Source of the DNA: Actinomycetota bacterium | Lineage (GTDB): Bacteria > Actinomycetota > UBA4738 > HRBIN12 | NCBI GenBank assembly: GCA_040882605.1 | Contig: JBBEAY010000064.1 | Coordinates: 659-64,658, forward strand | Direction of reading: 5' to 3' | Length of the DNA stretch: 64,000 nucleotides | In this document: positions 9,568 to 21,755 of the stretch, piece after piece | How the letters are laid out: the number at the start of each line of letters is the position of its first letter | Position numbering within the stretch: position 1 is the stretch's first letter | Position numbers and translations under genes: made by a program | Notes under the pieces: model-generated | What the model saw: the letters and a program-made list of their open reading frames with translations, nothing else | Told to the model about the DNA's origin: nothing | The model's database searches: none

Positions 9568-9975
9568 TCAGTCCGTGCACACGATCGTCACGGGGACCGA
9601 GAACATGGTCTGCTCGCCGGCATCTGCGATCAGCTGCTCGACCTCGTCGGCCGAATCACCCACCGCGCCGATCAAGTACCCTGTTTCGAGATCGGCGGGC
9701 AGGCCATCGAAGCAGTCGACCGGAGAGACGACCAGCGCCAGCCCGAGCGGATCGCGCAGCCGCTCGGTCGTGGCGTTGAGGTCGTCGGCCAGAGGGGCCA
9801 CCTCTACGACCGCGAGCCAGCGCTTCGTCGAGACCGACGCCGGCGCAGTCGGCGCGGCCGGAGTTGCCGGTCCCGGATCACCGGACTCGTCTGCATCTGC
9901 GCACGCGGCCATCATCACCGCCCCCATCAAGACTTGTAGCAACGCCGTCCTGACCCTGCTCATCGGCCCGCTCAC
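9568..9975 (-). CDS. Putative lipoprotein
   Basis: Lipobox-like MMAAC followed by a Pro/Ala linker; GTGA-coupled to the upstream gene. Confidence 0.7.
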   Translation of the reverse strand: MSGPMSRVRTALLQVLMGAVMMAACADADESGDPGPATPAAPTAPASVSTKRWLAVVEVAPLADDLNATTERLRDPLGLALVVSPVDCFDGLPADLETGYLIGAVGDSADEVEQLIADAGEQTMFSVPVTIVCTD

Positions 9976-11276
9976 GGCGTGACGATCCAGCTGTTCGAGA
10001 CGAACGCCGGCAGCTTGCCGCGGAACTCCGCCATGGCGGCCGTCGGGTCGGCGTCTTCAGGAAGGTGCAGTAGCGCCCCGAAGACCCCCGGTTTGATCGC
10101 CGACGGAGCGATCGACGAGTCGACCACATCGACTTGCGACGAGGGGAACGCAACACGGATCGCATCGGCGACCTGCGCTGCCTCAGCCGATGTCGCGAAA
10201 TCGCCCACGATCACCGCGATCTCCTCGACTTGACTCGGTGCCGAAGGCGCCAGCTCGGGCCAGTCGCCTCTGGGCGGCACGTGCCCGCTTCCGGCGCGGC
10301 GGTCAGGGTCCACGACATCGAGCGGCTCGGTCATGACCGAGCCGCAGCCGATCTCACGCAGACCCTCAGGGCCCTCGAGCGCAACTATCTGACGGCCTGT
10401 TGCAGCGTCGGGAACGTTCCACACCAGGCGCGAGCCGCGGGAACCGGCGAGGTAACGCTCCTCGGGGAGTTGAGCCACGCGCCGCGCGACCCCGTGGTCG
10501 AGCTTCCACAACTCGAACCGGGGCTGGCGAGTCGCCGAGGCACGGCCGACCACCTTCACGAAGTGCACCGCGCCGTGATGCACGATGGGTGTCCGCACCG
10601 TCACCCAGCGGTCGGTTCCCGCGGTGAACGAGGTCACCCGGCGCCACCCCTGGCCACCCAGGCGGGTCACCCACAGGTTCCCCAGGCGTTCCCCCTCGGG
10701 CACCTTGGCGGTGGGCGGCAGGGACACGACCGCCGCCACCCGTCGCGCCGAAAGGAACACGGGCGAGAACACGGTTGCGCCGTCGACCGGCGCAGGCATC
10801 CGCTGCACGCGGCCGGTGCCGGCGTCGAGCACGGCGATCGACGTTGCGGTGGCCCATGCCAGGTCACCACGCGGTGACCACGCAGGGTGCGTCACCTCGG
10901 TTGTCTGGGGCAGACGACGCGTGCCCTCAGGCGTCACTATGACCACGTCGTCGTCTCCCGTGCGGTCGACCACGTAGGCGACGCCGGCGCCCTGCGACAC
11001 GGCGATGTGCTTGACGACGGAACCCGCAGGTGCCTTCGTCGGCTGAAGCGAACGGCCCGCCGACAGCGACACGAGCCTTCCACCGGCCACGGCCCACAGA
11101 CCGTCTGCGGCGGCCAGCCTCGCCGATTCTGCCTGCGCGAAGCCGGGCACGCTGTCGCACCCGGTGGGCCCCACGGCGCTCACCGACGCGACCGGCACGC
11201 CGACGGCTCTGCCGCTGACGAGACCCGCGACCGCCGAAGCGAGCGCGACCGCGCTGATCAGGATCTTTCGCATCAT
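9972..11276 (-). CDS. Secreted beta-propeller-like protein with C-terminal SPOR-like domain
   Basis: Signal peptide MMRKILISAV; HPAWSPRG TolB-like motif; C-terminal VIVGDFATSAEAAQVADAIR; GAGGAGG RBS. Confidence 0.6.
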   Translation of the reverse strand: MMRKILISAVALASAVAGLVSGRAVGVPVASVSAVGPTGCDSVPGFAQAESARLAAADGLWAVAGGRLVSLSAGRSLQPTKAPAGSVVKHIAVSQGAGVAYVVDRTGDDDVVIVTPEGTRRLPQTTEVTHPAWSPRGDLAWATATSIAVLDAGTGRVQRMPAPVDGATVFSPVFLSARRVAAVVSLPPTAKVPEGERLGNLWVTRLGGQGWRRVTSFTAGTDRWVTVRTPIVHHGAVHFVKVVGRASATRQPRFELWKLDHGVARRVAQLPEERYLAGSRGSRLVWNVPDAATGRQIVALEGPEGLREIGCGSVMTEPLDVVDPDRRAGSGHVPPRGDWPELAPSAPSQVEEIAVIVGDFATSAEAAQVADAIRVAFPSSQVDVVDSSIAPSAIKPGVFGALLHLPEDADPTAAMAEFRGKLPAFVSNSWIVTP

Positions 11277-11302
11277 CGATACCTCCTCATGTGTGCGAGT
11301 GA

Positions 11303-11914
11303 TCAGTAATTGGTGACGTACTGGAAGTGCATGGGGTCGGGGTTGCTCCAGTTGAGCCCCCAGTAGAAGCGGTGCCCCGGGGTGGCGCCCCGCCACACGT
11401 CGGGGATGTAGGTGCCGTAGTTCACGCCGTCCCACCCGCGTCCGTTCCAGAAGGTCTGACCACGGAAGTTCCGCATCCAGTTCGTGTCGACGGCCGCGCC
11501 CCATGCGTGCACGGACCACGACGTCGATCCGTCGATCAGCCGGCAGTTGTAGCTGCCGATGCCCGGATACAACGCGTTGTCGCGGTGCGCCGCATCGATG
11601 TGGTTGCGAACGTTGAACCCGATGTTGCGCGCGAGATACGTGTGGTACTCGACGTAGGCCCCGGACCCATCGCTGGTGTTCGCGTGCGGCCACCAGCTCC
11701 GAGCGTTGTTCGACTGGCTGTTGCAGTGCTCGCCGAGCGTGGCGACCAGCTCGGAGAGACCGTTCGGGCGGGGCGGGATGCCCTGCCGCGAATGATCGTG
11801 AGTCCAGCTGGACATGTGACTCGCGAGCGCAGCCGACCCCGCGAACAACGAGATGCCGACCACCACCGTGAGGGTGAGGAACGCGGCCCGGGAGCGGACC
11901 GATGCGACGACCAT
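11303..11914 (-). CDS. Secreted M15-family zinc metallopeptidase (peptidoglycan D-Ala peptidase-like)
   Basis: SYNCR...SVHAWGAAVD and DPMHFQ motifs; signal peptide; AGGAGG RBS. Confidence 0.85.
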   Translation of the reverse strand: MVVASVRSRAAFLTLTVVVGISLFAGSAALASHMSSWTHDHSRQGIPPRPNGLSELVATLGEHCNSQSNNARSWWPHANTSDGSGAYVEYHTYLARNIGFNVRNHIDAAHRDNALYPGIGSYNCRLIDGSTSWSVHAWGAAVDTNWMRNFRGQTFWNGRGWDGVNYGTYIPDVWRGATPGHRFYWGLNWSNPDPMHFQYVTNY

Positions 11915-12021
11915 GCGCACCACCTCCTACGCGGGGGAGGTGGGAGGACAGCCGACGCTACACGGGTCGCAGCCTCGGAACCGTGACGAGGGTCACACGG
12001 GGCGCAAGTCTGCCTTCATCG

Positions 12022-13401
12022 TCACACCGAGCTCGGATCGATGTTCTGGTTCAGATGGAAAAGGTTGCCGGGGTCGTACGAGCGCTTGACCTCGACCAGC
12101 CGCTCGTAGTTCGCCCCGTAGTTAGCGCTCACACGCTGTTGGTCGTCCTCGGCCATGAAGTTGATGTAGCCGCCCTCCTCCGAATGCGGCGTGATGGCGT
12201 CGGAGTAATCGCGCACCCATCGGACGTTCGCCTCGTTTTCGGCGGGATCGGGCCACATGCCCGCGATCACGCTCGCGAAGTTGGCGTCGCGGTGGCCGAA
12301 CGCGGTGGCGTCGCCTGCGATGTCATGACATGCCCCGTCGATCGGGTAGATGTGCACCGTGGAATTCACGACGGGCACCTTGGAACCGTGTTCCAAGTGG
12401 GCCGCGATCGCGTCGTCGGTCAGCTCCTTCACGAAGTTGGCCTTCCAATAGTGCTGGAGGCCGGGCGGCACGAGTCCATCGAACGCCGCGTTCAGGGCCG
12501 GGTACGGCATCGGCCCCACGTGCTCGGCCACCACGGGTGCCACGTCGCGAAGGGTCTTCAGCATCGTTTCCCCTTCGTCCACAGGTCCCGTCCAGCACGA
12601 CACGAACGCGAGGAAGGTGTCGCCGTGACGTTCCTCGGGGATGAATGGCAATGGCGGCGCGATCTGGAAGGCGGGGAACCCGCCGAACTCGCGCGGCGCG
12701 TCGGCGATGAACTCCCGGTACCAACGCAGCACGTCGCCGGCGTTATCGAGCTCGAAGAACATCGGACCGCCGTAGATCGTGTCCACGGGGCGCACGGCGA
12801 ACTCGAAGGAGGTGACGACACCGAAGTTGCCGCCGCCGCCGCGGATCGCCCAGAACAGATCCTCGTGCTCCCGATCGCTCGCCACCACCGCGCGCCCGTC
12901 GGCAGTGACCACATCGGCCGAGACCAGGTTGTCGAGCGAGAACCCTTGACCCCGGCACAGGTACCCGATGCCGCCGCCCAGCGTGAGGCCCGCCACGCCG
13001 GTTGTCGAGATGATGCCACCCGTGGTCGCGAGCCCGTACGCGCCCGTCGCGTGGTTGAAGTCGCCCCATGTCGCGCCGCCCTCGGCCCGGGCTGTCATCG
13101 CGTTCGGATCCACGCGCACGCCGCGCATCTGCCCGAGATCGATCACGACCCCGTCGTCACAGGTCCCGAAGCCCGGAACGCTGTGGCCGCCGCCTCGGAT
13201 CGCCAGGGCCAGATCGCTCTCGCGAGCAGCCGTCACAGCCGCCATCACATCACCGGCGTCCCGGCATCGCACGACCGCAGCCGGACGCCGGTCGATCATG
13301 GCGTTGTAAACGGCTCTGGCCTCGTCGTAGCCGTCGTCAGACGGCGTCACGATGTCTCCGCGAACCTTCGCCCGAAGGTCCTCGACGTCGAACGTGCCCA
13401 T
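12022..13401 (-). CDS. FAD-binding oxidoreductase (BBE-like / 6-hydroxy-D-nicotine oxidase family)
   Basis: RGGGHS, GLTLGGGIG, LFWAIRGGGGNFGVVT, YDPGNLFHLNQNI. Confidence 0.93.
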   Translation of the reverse strand: MGTFDVEDLRAKVRGDIVTPSDDGYDEARAVYNAMIDRRPAAVVRCRDAGDVMAAVTAARESDLALAIRGGGHSVPGFGTCDDGVVIDLGQMRGVRVDPNAMTARAEGGATWGDFNHATGAYGLATTGGIISTTGVAGLTLGGGIGYLCRGQGFSLDNLVSADVVTADGRAVVASDREHEDLFWAIRGGGGNFGVVTSFEFAVRPVDTIYGGPMFFELDNAGDVLRWYREFIADAPREFGGFPAFQIAPPLPFIPEERHGDTFLAFVSCWTGPVDEGETMLKTLRDVAPVVAEHVGPMPYPALNAAFDGLVPPGLQHYWKANFVKELTDDAIAAHLEHGSKVPVVNSTVHIYPIDGACHDIAGDATAFGHRDANFASVIAGMWPDPAENEANVRWVRDYSDAITPHSEEGGYINFMAEDDQQRVSANYGANYERLVEVKRSYDPGNLFHLNQNIDPSSV

Positions 13402-13486
13402 GCCTTCCCCCTCGTGTTCGGCGGCTATGGGTTCCCTTGTACTACGGAACGCCGGGCGCGTGAACCCCCGGGATGAGGAAACTGGA

Positions 13487-16186
<2,700 letters not shown>

Positions 16187-16260
16187 GGCATGCCTCCGGC
16201 ACAGCTCGAGCGGTTCGGAACCGCCAGTCTAGGGCCGGTAAGCGACGGCTCCACGGAAGC

Positions 16261-17802
16261 TCAGCCGCACAGATGCGTCACCACTGGCCTATCGATCCGG
16301 AGCAGGCTCACTTGGCTACCGTCTGAGGCGACGTACGTCGCTTCGTCTGGCCCGACGAGCGTCATGGTCCCGATGTCCGAGTTGATCGCGTAGTCCGGCT
16401 TATCGCCGAGGGGATACGTCGGTTCCCAGAAGCTGCCGTCGAAGTCGACGAGCCAGTCGAGGCCGCAGCGCGGCGCAGCGAATCGGTATGTGACGCCCGG
16501 CTCGACTCGACCCGAAGTCGGCCACACCCGGTACCCTCGCTCATCGCTCACGAACTCCGACCGGAAGTCACGAACGGGCGACGGCAGCTCCGCCGGCTGG
16601 TTTGGGGTCGGGGTCTTCGGGAATCGGAGGCTCTCGAGAATCGCCCATGCTGCCGCTGAGCGGGCAGGGTCACGGTATGCGTCTTGACCCATCGCGACGA
16701 ACGCATAGAAGCCACGTTCGGAAAGGGGATCCGAGAAGGGGATCCACCACGTTCGGACTTCCTCCATACCCAACGCGTTCCCTACACAGGCAGAATCCTC
16801 AGCCTCGCCACAGGCCGTTTCCCGATCGAATGGGGACGGCCGTCGCGGGAAGGTGCTTGCCCCAGGGAAGGTTCGTTCCTCCACGGATACGAACACGTCT
16901 TGAGGGCCGACATCGGCAATCGCGTTGCCCGGGAGGAGCGAGTCGAGCGGTGCCAAGACTCCTCCGCCTGGTTCCAAGGGGAACGTCCCCACCGAGAGGA
17001 TCTCGTGCGAGAGACCGCCGCCCACCTGAGGAGTGAGGGTTTCGTCGGCGACCGTCCAGCCCGCTGGGTAGCTCATCGAGAAACCATCCTCGCCGTCGCG
17101 GTAACCGATCTTCGGGACGAGAAGCGAGGGATTTGGCCGTGTCTCGACCATCCGGACGCCCTCGGCGACGCTCATCGCCGTCGCGAGGTCGGCGTCGCTC
17201 GTATCGGGGCCGTGCCAGATATAGACCCGTGCGCACCCGGTCTCGCCACACAGCTTCCCGTCGCGCGTCGTCCAACCGGGGTTCTGGAAGTCGTCGTGCT
17301 CAGCGGCGTTCAGCACGAAGGTCGAGGGTTGCGAAGCCCCCGTTCTCACGAAGGGGTCCACGACCACGATCACATCCGAGTCGGCTACGCCCGCCGGGAG
17401 CGGCGATGAATGCGGCCGCGGCACCCCATCGAACACCACGGGCGAGTTCGTGACGAAGCTCGCACGGAAGTCCTGAAGCATGTGCCGTGGCCCGCCCACG
17501 AAGCGCGCCCCCCCGGACTTCCAGCCCTCGGGCACGGGGATCGTCCAGGGGAAGTCCGGCGAGGCGAACACCCCGGAGCGTCCAGTGATCGCCACGTTTT
17601 CGGCGTCGCGCCCCACCTGGGTGGCGGCGAACCCGACACCGGCCAGGAATACTGCGACGGATGTGAGCGACGCGAAGACCGTGACCGCGCGTCGTCGCGA
17701 TCCGCGGCGACCCACCGTCGCAGGCGAACCTTCAGCCTCGATCCCTCGCACCGCCCAATCGAGCAGCTCCCCCAGCCGCAGGTCGCGCTCGTCCACCTTC
17801 AT
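16261..17802 (-). CDS. Single-pass membrane protein, putative anti-sigma factor
   Basis: Overlaps the ECF sigma stop; short N-terminus, TM helix after RRR, large extracytoplasmic domain. Confidence 0.65.
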   Translation of the reverse strand: MKVDERDLRLGELLDWAVRGIEAEGSPATVGRRGSRRRAVTVFASLTSVAVFLAGVGFAATQVGRDAENVAITGRSGVFASPDFPWTIPVPEGWKSGGARFVGGPRHMLQDFRASFVTNSPVVFDGVPRPHSSPLPAGVADSDVIVVVDPFVRTGASQPSTFVLNAAEHDDFQNPGWTTRDGKLCGETGCARVYIWHGPDTSDADLATAMSVAEGVRMVETRPNPSLLVPKIGYRDGEDGFSMSYPAGWTVADETLTPQVGGGLSHEILSVGTFPLEPGGGVLAPLDSLLPGNAIADVGPQDVFVSVEERTFPGASTFPRRPSPFDRETACGEAEDSACVGNALGMEEVRTWWIPFSDPLSERGFYAFVAMGQDAYRDPARSAAAWAILESLRFPKTPTPNQPAELPSPVRDFRSEFVSDERGYRVWPTSGRVEPGVTYRFAAPRCGLDWLVDFDGSFWEPTYPLGDKPDYAINSDIGTMTLVGPDEATYVASDGSQVSLLRIDRPVVTHLCG

Positions 17803-18293
17803 CGCTCCCGCTCCTCAAGGCTCAGTGATCGTCGAAGGGACTCGCGACCGCGCGCCAGGTGAACTCGTACGGTGCTGGGCTTCATGCCGAGCATCGCGGC
17901 TACCTCGTCGGTCTCGAATCCGGCCCAGTCGCGGAGCGTCACCGCCTGACGCTGGCGCACCGACAACAGGGCGAGCGCTGAGAACACCTCTTGGCGGTCG
18001 AGGGCGCCCGAGATCTCGTCGCGTGACGACGGCCGCTCGGCGACGTCGCCGATCAGCTCACGTCGCGACCGCGCTCGGCGTTTCGAGCACAGCCGCATCG
18101 CCGTGGTGAACACGTATCCGCCCGCGTGATCGTCGTCGTGCATCTGCTCCCACCGGGGCCACAGTCGCGAGAACGCCTCCGCAGCGATCTCTTCGGCGGC
18201 GGCCACATCGAGGGTCACCAGGGCGCATGCCCTCACGACCCGCGGGTACCGCTCGCGGAAGAACCGCTCGAAGCCCTCACGGTCGGCCACCAC
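17799..18293 (-). CDS. ECF RNA polymerase sigma factor
   Basis: Region 2 AEEIAAEAF; region 4 LSVRQRQAV...EVAAMLGMKPSTVRVHLARGR. Confidence 0.92.
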   Translation of the reverse strand: MVADREGFERFFRERYPRVVRACALVTLDVAAAEEIAAEAFSRLWPRWEQMHDDDHAGGYVFTTAMRLCSKRRARSRRELIGDVAERPSSRDEISGALDRQEVFSALALLSVRQRQAVTLRDWAGFETDEVAAMLGMKPSTVRVHLARGRESLRRSLSLEERER

Positions 18294-18341
18294 ACGGTTC
18301 TATCCCGAAGGGAAGCTGAGCGCTTACATCTCGCGGATAAC

Positions 18342-18371
18342 TACACCTCTCTGTGTATGTCGGTGTATGAT
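18342..18371 (+). promoter_or_regulatory. vapBC promoter with TACAC-N6-GTGTA operator palindrome and TATGAT -10
   Basis: Inverted repeat at 18342-18357, extra GTGTA at 18363, -10 at 18366-18371, 6 nt before ATG 18378. Confidence 0.6.
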
Positions 18372-18377
18372 TCGATG

Positions 18378-18617
18378 ATGGGACGCATGGTTCGGACGAA
18401 CATCGTTCTCGACGAGCAGCTCGTGAAGAACGTGATGACGACCTATGGTTTGAAGTCCAAACGGGCTGCGGTCGATTTCGCTCTTCGCTCGGTTGCCGGC
18501 TCCACTCACCCCGCCGCCGGCATGCTCGCCCTTGAAGGCACGGGTTGGTCAGGCGATCTCGGCGCGATGCGCGAGTCTCGGATCGTGGAGCTGCATCCGC
18601 GTGATCCTTCCCGATAG
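18378..18617 (+). CDS. vapB: VapB-family antitoxin
   Basis: RTNIVLDEQLV...KSKRAAVDFALR...GWSGDL; overlaps the PIN gene. Confidence 0.9.
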   Translation: MGRMVRTNIVLDEQLVKNVMTTYGLKSKRAAVDFALRSVAGSTHPAAGMLALEGTGWSGDLGAMRESRIVELHPRDPSR

Positions 18618-19002
18618 CTCGGCCTGGATCGAGCTGCTCCGTCGCACGGATTCCGCAGTGCATCGTCGTCTCCACAACGCGTTGGAAGCTGACGAGGCCG
18701 TCGTCATCACCGAGCCGGTCGTCATGGAGGTCTTGGCGGGCGCTACCTCTCGACTTCACGCCAAGCAGCTGCGCACGCAGCTCGTCGGCTTTCCTCTCGC
18801 CAGCGTCGGTGGCCTGGCAGGGTTCGAAGAGGCGGCCGCCCTCTACCGCGCGTGCCGAGATGCGGGAGAGCAGCTCAGACGAACCACCGACTGCTTGATC
18901 GCGATGGCCGCGCTCCGGGCAGATGCGAGCGTCCTCCACCTCGACCGCGACTTCGACACCATCGCGAGACATTCCGACCTCAGGATCGAAGCAACTTCCT
19001 GA
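18601..19002 (+). CDS. vapC: VapC PIN-domain toxin
   Basis: ILPDSSAWIE, VVMEVLAGA, DCLIA, HLDRDF PIN acidic motifs. Confidence 0.92.
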   Translation: MILPDSSAWIELLRRTDSAVHRRLHNALEADEAVVITEPVVMEVLAGATSRLHAKQLRTQLVGFPLASVGGLAGFEEAAALYRACRDAGEQLRRTTDCLIAMAALRADASVLHLDRDFDTIARHSDLRIEATS

Positions 19003-19016
19003 CCAGCCAACCGGCG

Positions 19017-20162
19017 TCACGTCTTCGTGGGCGTGATCCCTAGCACGTCGGCCATCGCGGTCCAGACCTGACGATGGAACGCCGAGATCGCGCTCTCCCG
19101 TGACGGCATCAGGCGGCCGTGCGGGATCATGTTCGACCGCAGCCCGGGCCGCTGCGCCTCCATCGCGCGGGCGTCTTCTTGCAGGGTCATGCCGTACATG
19201 GCCATCCACTCGTCGATCTCGGTCTGCGAGAGCCCCGGTGCGGCATACATCTCGTAGATGTTCGTGAACCGGTCGGGCGCGGTCGGCACGATCACATGGG
19301 TGAAGGCCACGTAGTCGTCCTGCGCGAGGAACGTGAGCGGCCAGAGGTACGCGAACCGGAATCCACGGTCGCCCTCTCGAGGCTCGTGGTGGAAACGTGA
19401 CGAGGCCACGTTGTAGTCGGTGAACTGGCAGAGCATCGGCCCACGGTTCACGTACTCGTACTCCTCGACACCGACCTCGAACGCATTGCCGAAGCTTCCG
19501 GAGTGGATCGTCGGGCAGTGGTAGCACTCGCACGCGTTCTCCACGCCGATCTTCCAGTTCGCGGCGACCTCGAACGTCGAGGTCTCGTGATACGTGTAGG
19601 TCGAGAGGTCGAGGCCGCGCTCGCGAAGCGTTCCGAGCGCCGGGAACGTCTCGGCGAGCGGCGCCGCGCTGCGGTCCGGGTTCACGAACACGAAGCCGTT
19701 CCACGTGTCGACCGCGATCGGCTCGAGCGAGAACTCCCCCATGTCGAACGTCGCCTCGAGCTCGCAACCGGGCGCCTTGCGCAGGCGGCCGTCGAGCTCA
19801 TAGGTCCATGCGTGATAGCCGCACTGCAACAGCTTCTTGTTCCCGTCGACCTCGACGACCGGGTACGCGCGGTGACGGCACACGTTCACGAAGCCGTGCA
19901 GCTCGCCCTCGAGGTCGCGCGTGAGCACGATAGGGATGTGGCCTGCCCGCGTCGCCACCACGTCGCCCGGGCGCTCGAGCCTGTGCAGGGGCGCCGCGAA
20001 GACCCACGAGCGAGGGAAGATCTCATCCAGCTCCAGGTCGAAGATGCGCCGATCCCAGTACCACCTGGCAGGGAACGTGAGGTTGCGTGAGAGTCCGTCC
20101 TCCACCTCGGCGGGGTCGATGCCCAGCTCTCGGGCGCGGTCAGGATGCATCGCGATCACCAT
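19017..20162 (-). CDS. Rieske non-heme iron oxygenase alpha subunit (choline monooxygenase-like)
   Basis: CRH...CGYHAW Rieske motif; NWK...ENACECYHCPTIH; QED iron ligand. Confidence 0.92.
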   Translation of the reverse strand: MVIAMHPDRARELGIDPAEVEDGLSRNLTFPARWYWDRRIFDLELDEIFPRSWVFAAPLHRLERPGDVVATRAGHIPIVLTRDLEGELHGFVNVCRHRAYPVVEVDGNKKLLQCGYHAWTYELDGRLRKAPGCELEATFDMGEFSLEPIAVDTWNGFVFVNPDRSAAPLAETFPALGTLRERGLDLSTYTYHETSTFEVAANWKIGVENACECYHCPTIHSGSFGNAFEVGVEEYEYVNRGPMLCQFTDYNVASSRFHHEPREGDRGFRFAYLWPLTFLAQDDYVAFTHVIVPTAPDRFTNIYEMYAAPGLSQTEIDEWMAMYGMTLQEDARAMEAQRPGLRSNMIPHGRLMPSRESAISAFHRQVWTAMADVLGITPTKT

Positions 20163-20205
20163 CGGGGCCAACGCTACCGCAACGACGCGGCGCCCGGGTA
20201 TCGGC

Positions 20206-21561
20206 TCACGTGATCGCGCCGCTGAGCGCGTCGGCGGTGCGCGTGTCGTCGGTCGTCGAGACCGCGAACGTCACACGCTGGGGCGACGGCTGCCCGATGA
20301 CCACGCGCTCGTCGTTGGCCTCGAACCACTCGCGCACGGCCTGCTCGAACGCGTCGGCATCGGCGGTCGTGTCCCACGCCGTCGCCGCGACCACCACTGC
20401 GTCATCGCCATCGGTGAACGCTCGGTAGATCCCGCCGTCCCAGCCCGCCGCGGCAGCCTCGGCGATCGCCGGATCAAGCCGCAGCTCCAACATCGCCTGG
20501 AGCCAGGCTTCCCCGACCTGCATCGCGTCGAGGTCGCCCCAGGCGGCGCCGAGCTCGCCGGCGAGATCGGGCACATCGACGGGCGTCGGCCGGTCGGTCG
20601 GGTATCGCTCGGGGTGAAGGATCTGCTCGGTCGTCGTCGGGAACGTCCGCAAGGCCTCGTCGATCTCGGCGACGCCACCCGTGGAATCGAGCGCGGTCAC
20701 GAACGCCTGTCCGGCCGTGTACGGCCACAGCAGAAGGTCCGCGATGAACGGGGGCACACCTTCGGGCAGGCCACCGCCATCGCCGAGTCCCGACAAGTCA
20801 CCGTCGACGGGCGGGAACTCGAACAGCACCTTCACCGCGAAGAACTGGGCGCTTCCTTCGACCGCTCCGAGCGCCGCCTGGAAGGCTTCGTCGCGGCATC
20901 GAGCCGCGATGCCGTCGATGCGCGCGAGGTCGAAATGCTGGTCGTCGATCGCATGTGTCAGCTCGTGCGCAAGCGTGACCCGCTCGACGATCCCGAGCTC
21001 ACCGTCGGCGCGATACACGAGCTCACCGTCGAGCGGGTTGTAGAAGCCCACCACCTGTCCCGTCTGGAAGGCGAGCAGCGCGTCGCGGATCGTCACGTCG
21101 CGGGGCACTACGCCGAGCGTCTGCCACGCCACAGTGCGCCGTTCGTAGAACTCCTTCGGGTACGTGTCATCGAACGCACCCTCGAGCTTTCCGGCGATCT
21201 CCTCGGCGCTCACCGGCTGCACCACCACCGGTCGCAGGAAGTCGAGCTCGCGCACCTGCTCGACCTGCGACTCCACCTCTTGCACGTCGGCGGGCGTCTC
21301 GGCGGGGGCGCCGTCGTCGTCGGTGGACACCGGGGTCGGGGCAACGCAGAGCTCGCTCATCGCAGCGAGCGCACCTGGCTCACCGGTGTCGACCGGTTGC
21401 ACGTCGAGCGTGATCCCCCGGCTCGGACCCGGCCCACTTGCATCCACCGATGGGTTCGCGGAGGGTCCGACCTCGATGCTGATGCCGTCGCCGGTGCACG
21501 CGGCCGCCACGACCGTCAGAGCAGCGACCATGCCGGCCAGCCGTATCCGGCGCCCGCTCAC
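20206..21561 (-). CDS. Lipoprotein with HExxH zinc-metallopeptidase motif
   Basis: Lipobox VAAAC; LAHELTHAIDDQHF and downstream EG.A third-ligand motif. Confidence 0.8.
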   Translation of the reverse strand: MSGRRIRLAGMVAALTVVAAACTGDGISIEVGPSANPSVDASGPGPSRGITLDVQPVDTGEPGALAAMSELCVAPTPVSTDDDGAPAETPADVQEVESQVEQVRELDFLRPVVVQPVSAEEIAGKLEGAFDDTYPKEFYERRTVAWQTLGVVPRDVTIRDALLAFQTGQVVGFYNPLDGELVYRADGELGIVERVTLAHELTHAIDDQHFDLARIDGIAARCRDEAFQAALGAVEGSAQFFAVKVLFEFPPVDGDLSGLGDGGGLPEGVPPFIADLLLWPYTAGQAFVTALDSTGGVAEIDEALRTFPTTTEQILHPERYPTDRPTPVDVPDLAGELGAAWGDLDAMQVGEAWLQAMLELRLDPAIAEAAAAGWDGGIYRAFTDGDDAVVVAATAWDTTADADAFEQAVREWFEANDERVVIGQPSPQRVTFAVSTTDDTRTADALSGAIT

Positions 21562-21755
21562 GAGCGCCTCGGCAGCACCACGGCCAGCACGGCTAGCACG
21601 ACGGCGCCGCCAGACAGAGCGATCGACGCCCAGAGCAGCGCGGTTTCCCGCAGGAACTCGCGAGCCGCGAGGCCCAGCAGCACCCCGGCCGCAAGCATCA
21701 CGACGAACGCGGCGGCGAAAAGCCCCATCGAACCGCGCGACGTCGTGTCGCTCAC
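21558..21755 (-). CDS. Small two-TM membrane protein
   Basis: GTGA overlaps with both neighbours; two hydrophobic helices. Confidence 0.65.
   Translation of the reverse strand: MSDTTSRGSMGLFAAAFVVMLAAGVLLGLAAREFLRETALLWASIALSGGAVVLAVLAVVLPRRS

Noticed and set aside
18378-19002. vapBC as a novel defence system
   Set aside because: Ordinary type II toxin-antitoxin pair with a typical operator.
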